A DNA stretch of 64,000 nt from Nymphaea colorata (lineage: Eukaryota), in assembly GCF_008831285.2 (NCBI RefSeq), contig NC_045138.2, positions 33,790,001 to 33,854,000 on the forward strand. Reading direction: 5' to 3'. This document shows positions 54,081 through 64,000 of the stretch, one piece after another. Every line of letters starts with the position of its first letter. Within the stretch, counting starts at the first letter, position 1. The position numbers and the translations under genes were made by a program. The notes under the pieces were generated by a model. It was not told the origin of the DNA and did no database searches. It worked only from the letters and a program-made list of their open reading frames with translations.

Positions 54081-57000
54081 CTAATAACCATTTATATGCC
54101 TTTGTGCTGATCCAGGGTAAACCTCTCGAGCATCTGTCAGTCGAGAAAATGGTACAGGAGAGCGGCCAGACAGGGCACCAGAGTCCACCAGCTTGCTCGG
54201 TAGGCTCCTTACGTTGGGCATCGCATGATCTGTTTTACCAGAAACAGAAACTGACCTAGAGAAGGCCTGAACAAGTTCCACCGCAGAAGCTGCCCGCCCA
54301 TACCGAGGAGCTGGTGGTTCAGGTGATTTATTGCGCTCGGGCTTCCGCCAGCTCTCTGGCTCTTCATGTCGATCCTGTTGCTTTTCAATGTCCCTACCAT
54401 TCCTCCAGTTATCGCTTCTGCGTGAACTCCTTTGCAGATCTATCTTCTCCTGCTCGCGGTTATCTTTCCTCTCAAAATCACGACGATCAGATTGGATATC
54501 AGCACGTTCAACTGTCCGGTGTCCAGTTCTCTGCTCTGTCATAGCATTGTCCGCCCTATCAGCAAGCCGGTGGTGTTGTGTAACAGAATCCGTTTTTGCA
54601 TCAGACCTTTGAAGATCGTGCTTCCCCCTTTCATGTATAGAAAATATCATGCGTCAGTCATCTCCGAAACGAAGAAACATTCCTGCAGAATCTATAGCAC
54701 ACAATACAAATTTGCAAATTGTCGGGATCACTAAGGATGCCTCTATACGACTCAACTCTGGCTCTTTTAGGTACTAGAATATTTCCCAATTCCTCAGGTG
54801 CATTAACGGTTATTGTCCCCATGAACATAGTAGCTAAATAATCCCAACTTGATGGAGCTCGTGGGGCACCTAGACTGTGATGCATTAGAGGATCTATAGT
54901 ACGGCCCAGGTAGCGGAAAAATGTTCCAGATTTCTAAGCAAATGATCCGATCACGGGAAGAGTGCATGAGAAGGTAAATTTTAAGAGAAGAAAAAAAAAA
55001 CAACTTGCAAGTGATAGCTCGTCAAGAAACCCCAGACATTTAACAGTCATAAAATAACTACGGGACGGAAAAGGGGAAAAAGATGTTCTGCCTCAAGTAA
55101 TAGGAAAAACAACGTACCTGCTGGGCGGGTGAACTGGGTCCAGGCTGTTAATAATCTCATCATCAACTCCACGCTCCTTTAGGACCTTTGCCACAACATT
55201 GTCAAAGTGAACCAACAAACAACCTCAGATCATTAAGGATGCCAAGAAAAAATACAGGCACGTGAAGAGTTATGATAGCATAAGCAAGTCAGGAAAGAAG
55301 ACAAGGAAGATTCTTACTAGCTCTCGTGGACGTGCACCACCAAATATGGTTTTCCTACAAATACAAAAGAATGATTGTGATTAAAAAACACACAATGAAA
55401 AAGGAAGAGAAACGGTCTCCCATCTGATAGAAACTCAGAAGAATTTCACATCAGTGTCCCAAAAAAACAACCAAGAAAACAGAAGATTAAAAGCAACTCT
55501 ATCATGAACTAGAGGAGAAAAAACCAAAGTAAATCCTAGCCAGATCATGCCTACCACTTGCAAGCCACATAATAGAGAGGATAATATGTGACACAGTGCC
55601 AGATTATCCAAACAAAATCATACTTACCACTTGCAAGCTCATTATGTAAATGACACTAGTGTAGAATACAACACTTACGCATTTGAAACATGTCTACAAC
55701 TACCTGTGCGACTAGAGAAAAGGTGGTATTGGTAAGACAATAAACAAAAAGATTCGGACTTCTTCGAATACTCGTGGATGCAGAACTTCCATGTGCTTGA
55801 AGAAATTCCATCCACGGCTTTTCAGTTTTCACTATCCCTTCCTTGAGGGGAAGCCCTTCAAGTTTCAACACCAAAGTCCCTCCACAAAAGTAATAAATAG
55901 GAATATAGCATCACCGCAACACTTCAGTTCATGATCCTGTTCGTCTGATAAGATACTACAACATATAACAGACACCTTGATAAAACTACGTGACCCCTTC
56001 ACCCAGCCCTCATGGTAAAACTTGCGTTGGCTTAGGTAAGAGATGGGTGCCATGGAATTCAAACCATTGACCACCACCACGGTCTACTTCGCCACAAACT
56101 CTTGTGGCTATGCTCTATTCTTTTATAAATAGAAACAGAATCATTATAATTGCGAAGCAAAGGTAGGCTACCAGTTGGGATACTGGTCAGGTACACATTC
56201 ACAGGATGAACTGCTCATGTCAGCAATTGATTCTCCCAAGGAAAAGGGCATTTAGAGTTCTTGTACACCTCTCCAGAAGAATCTCAAGTCTGCGTGGCAA
56301 ATTCAGGTAAGCTACAGTATGAAAAAGCATGCTATTTCCATACCCAAGGAATAACTGCACGTGCCAGGATTTTTAGCAACTTAAGTGGCTAAAATCATCA
56401 TTGAACAACAATTCCAGCATGGGTAAAAGAAGACCTTACTGATACGATCTAGCTATGTTCCTGCATTATTCTCCTCGTCTTAGACATAGTAATTGGTAAC
56501 CGTAGTGGGTCACAAGCTCCAGGGTAAAGAAGACCTCGCTGGTACCATCTACCTATGTTCCTGCATTGTTCTCCTTGTCTTGGACATGGTAATTAGTTAC
56601 TGTAGTGGGTCACAAGCTCCAGGGAAACTGCAAACACACCCTTTGGCGAACCCAGATTTATAGGAAAGATAAAGAAGACAAAGAAATGGATTTTGGAAAA
56701 CCACCAAAGAACAATTTAATATATTCCTAGAAACAATCTTCCAGTATATGTCCCTTTCACTTAAAATTTTGGACTGAACTAGGACTCGACCAAATTCAAT
56801 AAAAAATGTACCGAGGAACTGGCCCAATCCAATCCAAGAAGTACCTAAATCGTCAGTTACACCCATGCCTTACAAACAAGGCATGACACCCATTCCCAAC
56901 ATAGCCAAGTTGAGACTAGAGGAAAGATAAAATGCTCCATGTTCAACTGCCTTTGACATTAGAAAATATGTTTACCTAGATCAGAATCAAGATGACAAAC

Positions 57001-59395
57001 TAATATCCCACTTAATTCTTTGCCTGTGATACTTATGGAGAAATTGCATGCTCAAATATAGAAGCCTATATAGAGTGCAGCAGTAACCTGCACCATGAAG
57101 AGACTTACATAGGAGAGGGTAGACACGTAGTCATAATCGTAAGTATCAATTTACTGGGGAAAGAACTAAGTCATCCGTTTTAGGTGTTATTACGTGCATT
57201 TACGGTACCACATATCTATTGGCAAGGATAATTGATCACTGGTTGTCTTGCTGCATGTCACAAAGACATATAAGTTCTAGATTTTAGTACAAAATGATGT
57301 GCTAGAGCATCTAATGTCAAATCTTGAAATAGAATCCACCTTTTTTGGATTAACTACCCAACGCCTAAGAAGCACAAAGAACACATGGCTATAACCTCAT
57401 CATAGATAGTCTTCCATTTGGTTACAACTCCATCCACCTTTCCGAATAAGTTGAGATTCAGAACTAGTCCCAAAAAATATGAAAAATAATATAAAGTTAG
57501 AGGATGGGCTGATTGGACTTGGGAAAGTAGTTTGCCTGATACTTATGGTTGAAACTTCCACCAACGAACCCCACCTGAAGTCTCATAAGTAAAATGGATC
57601 TACCTAACCATACACGCACTCTCATACTGAGGCCCGCAAGTCAAAAACGATAACCTATCCCCGCTTCTCTACTCTACAGAAATAGAAAAGAAAGAGTACC
57701 ATTCTGAATTTCAATAGAGCTCCATCTAGGGATCAATTGGGCACATCAATTTTTAGATATGTGACAAACCTTGCGTACCAAACTCATCTGCACTGTAACT
57801 AGATGAACAGAAAGCAATAAACTAATCAACCAAGTGAAGCAGCCACTTCATTTATGAAATGCACGCACTAAGCAGATGTCCACCAATAATGAGAACAAAA
57901 ACGAACAACAAGATGTACCACTCATAATATCTACCAGAGAACTCATCTACCGACCTTCCCCTTTCAGTAATCCCGTCCGATTGCTCCAGTGCCTGTGAAC
58001 GGGGCTTCAAGTTTAACCTTGGGCGTTCACCTACTCTATTACTTTCATCTGGCACAGCTGAACCGGACGTTGGTGGATGATTAACATTCACAACAACTTC
58101 ATCATGCACTTGCACGCTTGAATTCGTGGGCTAAGGGTTCCAACAAAAAAGAACTCGGAATTAATCAGAGACGGACAATATCAAGCTGGAGCTTCCAAAC
58201 AAAGAGAGAAGAAGAGAGAAAAGATACCAGCCTATATTCGTTTATGTATGAATCTTGCGGCTCCATAGGCCTTGTTCTCGGTAGAAGCTTCAACTTTGGC
58301 CTCTCCTCGAATTCACTCTGTGGTTGTATATCCAATTTCCCTTCAGCGGAAACAGGTCGAGCCATTCTGGATCTCTCTTTCTCGTAGTCTCCACATTCTA
58401 CATCCCTTGGACGAACAACATCCTCGTCATACCTTCTAGTCTCGTGATACCTTCGGCTATCTACTTGATTCGCATCAAGAGCAGGAGCAATTTCATCTTT
58501 GAAAGGGCGAGGTTGAGAACTAGTGATCTCGTTGTAGCTAGTGTTTTTAAAGCTACCGTTACCCTCGAACTCTGCGGCTCTAGTCTCAAACTCTGGCTGA
58601 TAGATCGATGACTGAGATTGATGTGATGAGATCACCAGCTTCGATTGCCATATCCCCGAGGAGACCTTCTCTATAGCACTCGCACTTGCAAGCCGCGATG
58701 CTGCGGATGCAGATTGTGCTGGTGGAACAGGCGCTTGAGTCCGTTCCTCATAAAACCCTAGCTCCTGCCTCACGCCCCAAGCATTTGGAACTCCAGAAGG
58801 GTTTCCACTTCCCGAGCTCGGCCTAGCTGAGACAACAGATGCAGCCGTATTCAGCGCTTGAGCTCCTGAGATCTGCGGCCGAACGGAAGTCTTCGCCTCA
58901 GGCAGCCTCGGATCAAGACGGTTCAGCACGAAACGATCGGATCTAGCGGTCGGAAGGCCGTCGTCATCAATAGAGTTCCTCCTGGGGCCGGAGTCAAGCG
59001 GCTTCCTCTCGTCCTCATCAAAGTTCCGACCAATATGCACCGGATGCGAGAAAAACGACGCCTTTTCGTCAAAATTCCGGGAAGCCCCGGCAGATCCAGG
59101 TCGACGGTGGTCCGAACGGTTGATAGGACTCCCCCAGGCTGCCGGACCCCCCCGGTCAAGTCCAGGCCGGTCAAAATTTCTCACCACGCTGCAAAACGAA
59201 ATGAAATTAGGGTTTCTAAAACCTCGCAACCCGTAACAAAAGAAAACACCATATAAAGAACAAAAAGACAACAGACAACAAGATCAGCCCTTACACTCCA
59301 GGGGCTGAAGGTAGGGGGATATCAGAAGGGATTGAGCCGCCGTGAAAATCCTTCAAAGTCATGGTGGAGCCACTGAATGCCTTCTTCTTCGACAT
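54081..59395 (-). CDS. Uncharacterised R/D/E-rich protein with plant eIF4B-like motifs; 6 exons
   Basis: Exons: 59395-59295, 59188-58228, 58130-57955, 55354-55318, 55185-55118, 54627-54081, GT-AG and in frame. N-terminus [33 protein letters not shown]. Contains [21 protein letters not shown] and [17 protein letters not shown]-terminal PFSRLT..REVY.G..RHINGY. Confidence 0.85.
56421..56625. repeat. Two-copy ~101 bp tandem duplication in intron 3 of the eIF4B-like gene
   Basis: gggtaaa(a)gaagacct...ctatgttcctgcatt...gtagtgggtcacaagctccaggg occurs twice. Confidence 0.9.
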
Positions 59396-62300
59396 TTTTC
59401 CTTTCTCCTCTTCTTCTTCTGCTGCTCTCTGTCCCTCGCTCCCTTTCGTTTCCTTTTTCCGCGTTTCTTTCCCTCCTTCCTCTCCTCTTGCCGGAGAGCT
59501 TAGAAAGAGGGGAGAGCTTCAGGGGGAGAGGGGAATAAGGAGAGAGACCAGACGCCCTCGACGGGTTGGGTGGGTGAGGAGATTGGGGGGAATTTATAAG
59601 GGCTGGTCGATATCAGCGAAAAGACCACTTCCCCTTACATTATTGTTGAAATGACGTGCGTCGGTCGCACACCCGCAGCGCGGTCACAATGGATGCCGAC
59701 ACCACTGTGACCGGCGGATCAAAATGGATCCAATACAAAACCGAGCCACAGATGATCTAAATCGTAGAAACGAAACGGCGGTCTGGATTTCGATCTAAAT
59801 GAACTCAATCTGTACTCATCCTCTACGTTTCAGTGGCGGAAGCCACGGATGTGCTGCTGGTGTGGGCAAACCAGTCCCAACGTTTCTTTATTCTCACATT
59901 AACATATTAAAATGGTTTGAGTGACCTTTTAAACGTAAAATTATGTGGACGAGTGTCTTTTCAATCATTTTTTCTGGCCGTTGAATTCGGGTTAAGGTTT
60001 AAATGGCATAAATTCGGATCTAAGTAAACTCGTCCTGTGGTGATATTAATTGAATGAATCGAATTCGTATTGTATAATGTCCACTTAATCTGTACCATTA
60101 ACGGCTTGAAGATCTAATTTCACCAGTAAATATCCCGGAGTTCCTTTTTTTTTTTTTTTTTGTCTTTCTTTCTTTTAGTAGCCGTATCCAAAACTCTACT
60201 TACTTTATTTTTATACACATGCTGTACGGGAAACGTCATCGTCCATATTCTACAGTATCACCCAAAACTTTAAAATAGATCAGGACCATGCAACATCTTC
60301 ACAGTTTAGGATATTAGAAAGTCGTAAACATAGAAAATTTAGTGAGCAAAGTATTTCTTCAATCGTATGCTTTAACATTTTAATACGTCCATGCTAATTG
60401 GGATTTTTGTGGCATTAAACTACGTAGCTGGAATTTACTGTCATAGGTGCAAGTTACATAGACTCAATCTAAATAGATGCAACCACTTAATAGATACTAA
60501 AAAATGGACTTTTTTCTTCAAATAAAAGTATGCTGAGAAATTGGATTATGGCAACTAATCTTTTCTCATTTCACAGCTCATAGTGAACATTCAATGAGAA
60601 AAAATTGACACTTCATGAAAGGTTCAGCTCCCTCAAAGCATATAATGTATAATATCTTCTTTTAGCATCGACACATCGTAAGTTGCCTTTTTTGGTCACT
60701 CAAAAAAAAGCTTATGATATAATGTTGTTAAATAATTCCTTTGTAAACAAACAAGTGTATATTGAATCCAGTCCAATAAAAGATAAACAGCTTTATTATT
60801 GTTTCGCTCAGCATCTCCACTTTTAACATTGATGAAATGAGGTTTCAATTTGAGAGTAGTAAACGGAAGTGCTGATAGGAAAAGTGCATAAACATAAAGA
60901 CTCGTTTTCGGCATTATGGCTATAAAAAGGTGAGCCCCCAAGTGGAGATTTTTCACGAGAAGGCACAGAGAGACTTTTCCAAGACGAGTTAAAAGAAAGA
61001 CTCGTTGTTCAGAGTGCCAAGCTACTGAATCTGAATCCTCATGCTGATTATGGTTCATGAACTCCAACAGCTGCTGGACTTTCTCCACATATGGTATTGA
61101 ACACTATAACGACGATGGCCACGATATTGCCCCGCAGATCACTAAAAAAAGGAAAAAGCGCTCCTGTACCAGCGACATCTCTGATCCACCGGCTAGGAGT
61201 TCGGAATGAGTTCTCCAAGTGGAAGGAGGAGAAGAATGCACTTACTAAGGCAAAGATCTACTCGAATAGATGAAAAGAAAAAACACAAGAAAAACCCAAT
61301 AAATATATGTATAAAGTCAATATCAGTTGATTGACTCCAATTTAATACAATCCTCTCTCTCTCTCTAACCACGACAGTTTTAAGTTAAATTAAGTGAATC
61401 GTAGAAGCCCAGCTCTAATGTTGGCAGTTTCGATTTGGATATTACTGTTGGACTAATCTGTTTCCTGCTTGTTAAAACATATTTCCGCTTCCAAAGTTGA
61501 TAAAACTGACGTGAGATTAGATAGTATGTTCTCATCCATGCGTTTTTTTGTGCTCAATCAACTGTATCGCATCTTTAGATCATGGAAGTAAACTTGACTC
61601 TGGTTACCAACGAAAATCAAACTAAAGTCTGTTCCAAGAACTTTTGTGATTGTCTGCTAATAGGAACATGCAGGATTGCAAAGGTCATATGCAAAGTGAA
61701 TAAATATACTCGATGTCGAGTTAGACATTGATGGTACATGGATGCCAAAGATACAGATATGAGACTTTAACTTAGAAGCAAATGCCATATTATTATTAAT
61801 TCACACAAGTAGATATATTCCTTGTTGCAACCCCCCACACCGTGGGGCAGGTTTTGAGGTGGGGTGGGGTGGAGAGATATCCTAAAGAAGCTGAGGTCTT
61901 GTATTTTTTTTTTTTTTTTGGCACTGTTCTCAAAGTTCAGGGCTGCTTTCAAACATAGGTAAAACATAGGTAAAGAAGCAAGATATTCATCAACGAACTG
62001 AGGCATACCGACTTCCCAGTCCAAACAGCTACACTATGCTCCTCATAACTTATTGCGCTTGCATATGATTCACGGCAACTTCACAAAGAACCACTTCCTT
62101 TTGGTTTTAAATGTACTCCACACAGATCTCCCTTTTTCTTTTAGTGAACTTGCTAACAACCTTCATCCTACAAACTCGCATCAAAAGTCTCAATAGATTT
62201 AGATTCTCGATGTCGCCTCAGGTCGTTTTCGAATTAGCGGGATCATTCGACATTCACCATCAAAAGAACGACTTTCAACCGAATCATTCGGACTTCTTTG

Positions 62301-63580
62301 GTTTCAAAATAGTTTGAAGGTGGGCACTTCTCTCTAGAGTCATTTCTGCACGAACAAGAGCACTGCACCACTGTTGATAAGAAGAAAAAGATACCAAGTT
62401 TCGGTAATTAAACGATCACTGTAAACATTGCCTGGAGAATTGGATTGCGCTGATCGGCAAAGTGCTACAAATCGAATTGCAAACCTATATTAAGGAAAAA
62501 AGGGTATATTACTTTTAGAAGCTAGTTAGTTTGGTTGGATAATAAATGAGGACAGAGTGAGAGATCCTTGCCTTGTTGTTTGAGCAAGTGGTAGAAGGAG
62601 GAAAAGGCAAAGAAAGCCCTCGTCTGACCACTGAATATTCAAAAGGGAAGGAAAACTTAAAAAATTCCATCCTCCCCAAAGTTCCACCCCTACTTCGCAC
62701 GCACAAAATCTCCAATGGGCCAATCTCAAACGCAGAGTAGGGAGTTAAAATTGCCCCCAAATGACAGAAACACCCTTCGTCGTCTCGCGCGGAGTTGTTT
62801 AATGCTGCAACAACGGGAGATGCATAAAGGTCATTTCCTGCTCTGGGAGATCGGGCACCCTCCCTCTGGTTCCCGGGCGAGCCCGGCGACCTCCCCTCTG
62901 ACCGGGCCGTGGGTCTCCCGCTGCAGATCCGTATCGTCATCGGCATACGAACCCGTATAAACATACGGTGGCCTGACCTCCGGCGATGTCTCGGCTCCTG
63001 TTTGGGAGGGGGGAGAAATAAATAGCAGGGAAGGGCGCGCGGCTCCCAAACGCGAAACTCATTTTCCTTTTCCATTTTCCCCCTCGAAAAATTTTCCCTC
63101 TTTTTTTCTCTCAGGAGGAAGATAACAGAGAGAGAGAGAGGTTGGGACTCGCCAAGCGCAGGAGAGGGGAATTACTTCGGCCGATTAACGGCTGGATGAG
63201 CTCCCTACCCACCGGTAGGCCGTACGATTCGTCAGGGGCCCGGTGAATTTTCATGGTGAGTTGTTTATCCTTCATCCTCCTCTTCTCTTCTTGAGACTTC
63301 TTACAAAGTTCTGCTTCGGTCTCATGCAAGGTTGTCTTTTTTTCTCTTCTGACTTGTTCTCGTCTTCCTCTCTTCTGAAACTTGGAAACCCTAGTTTCAT
63401 ACGCTGTGTTGTGGATAGGTTCCGCGGAATCTTTGATTCGAGCGCCATCTTGAAACCCTACATTGCAAGGAGGGGCAAGGAAAATTAGGGTTTTGGAGGT
63501 CGATCGGAGCCAGCATGAGAGCCGGCGCCTCTCGGGAAGGGGAGGCGTAGGGCTCGCGGGGGGGTTCACAGATTCCCCCC

Positions 63581-64000
63581 ATGGGCGATGGAGGTGTGGC
63601 CTGCGTTTCTTCTTCCTCGCAGCATATCATGGAGCGTTTCGCCCCCGCCCCTACCTATGGCACCCTCCGCTCGACCCTGCAGTTTCCGGATCGATCCCCC
63701 GAGAAGCCGGATAAGAAGACGGAGGCAGAGAAGAAGGAGGAGAGGTCGAGGGTGCTGGTACCGTCCCGGCTGTCGGAGAACGAGGACAGAGATAGAGAAT
63801 TGTCGCGGCACCATAGCAGTGCTTCCAGCTCCGGCGACCACCGGAAGCGGCAGTCGCGCGAGGAGTCGGATTACCGGTCCAGGAGGCATTATTATGAGCA
63901 GGAAGAAGCTTCAAGAACGAGCTTAGCTTCTTCCTCGAAGAGCAGAAGAGTCTCAGAGGACTCTAGGAGTCCTGGGTTTTCAAGGAGTTACAGGGATTCA
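63581..64000 (+). CDS. ATXR3: Histone-lysine N-methyltransferase ATXR3/SDG2, 5' end only (open to the window edge)
   Basis: An uninterrupted frame of 140 codons, MGDGGVACVSSSSQHIMERF...RSYRDS. M(G/S)DGGVAC..HIMERF is the recalled conserved ATXR3 N-terminus. It is absent from the ORF track because there is no stop in the window. Confidence 0.85.
   Translation, partial: MGDGGVACVSSSSQHIMERFAPAPTYGTLRSTLQFPDRSPEKPDKKTEAEKKEERSRVLVPSRLSENEDRDRELSRHHSSASSSGDHRKRQSREESDYRSRRHYYEQEEASRTSLASSSKSRRVSEDSRSPGFSRSYRDS

Noticed and set aside
58131..58227. Possible second U12 intron (donor GTATCTTTT)
   Set aside because: Deviates from GTATCCTT, has no proximal CTTRAC branch and has a normal U-rich tract; likely U2.
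60696..61270. 130-aa minus-strand ORF
   Set aside because: Non-ATG start and no gene context. It may be a LINE remnant (..EDSDSVAWHSEQRVF..), but support is too weak.
63588..63926. Arg-rich 112-aa ORF and minus-strand ORFs at the window end
   Set aside because: Alternative frames of the ATXR3 coding sequence, which starts at 63581.

Overview
Gene-rich window of angiosperm nuclear DNA; the species cannot be determined from the sequence alone. Nine protein-coding genes can be modelled by eye. In order they are: an atypical NB-ARC-LRR immune receptor with no CC domain and the MHD motif replaced by INR (-); an intronless mitochondrial P-class PPR of the At3g13160/At1g55890 type (+), followed by a decayed tandem copy of its own 3' end; a 13-exon GH1 beta-glucosidase, BGLU41-like (-); a Rab geranylgeranyltransferase beta subunit with a U12-type intron and a GC-AG intron (-); ORRM2 (+); a BTB/NPH3 protein, At3g22104-like (-); a DUF4228/PADRE-like protein (+); a six-exon protein with plant eIF4B-like motifs (-); and the start of the H3K4 methyltransferase ATXR3/SDG2 (+, runs off the window and is missed by the ORF track). 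The most unusual structure is the first 9.3 kb. There the NLR sits between two ~2.2-2.4 kb direct repeats, each carrying an unannotated TATA-driven, apparently spliced small gene with an Asp-rich micro-ORF loosely reminiscent of IRON MAN peptides. Also present are a hAT-type MITE with a TSD, a tRNA-derived SINE candidate, LINE remnants, a probable SPH pseudogene, several short tandem duplications and two possible structured-RNA segments. All exon models and family calls were made by eye and from recalled motifs; no database searches were run.
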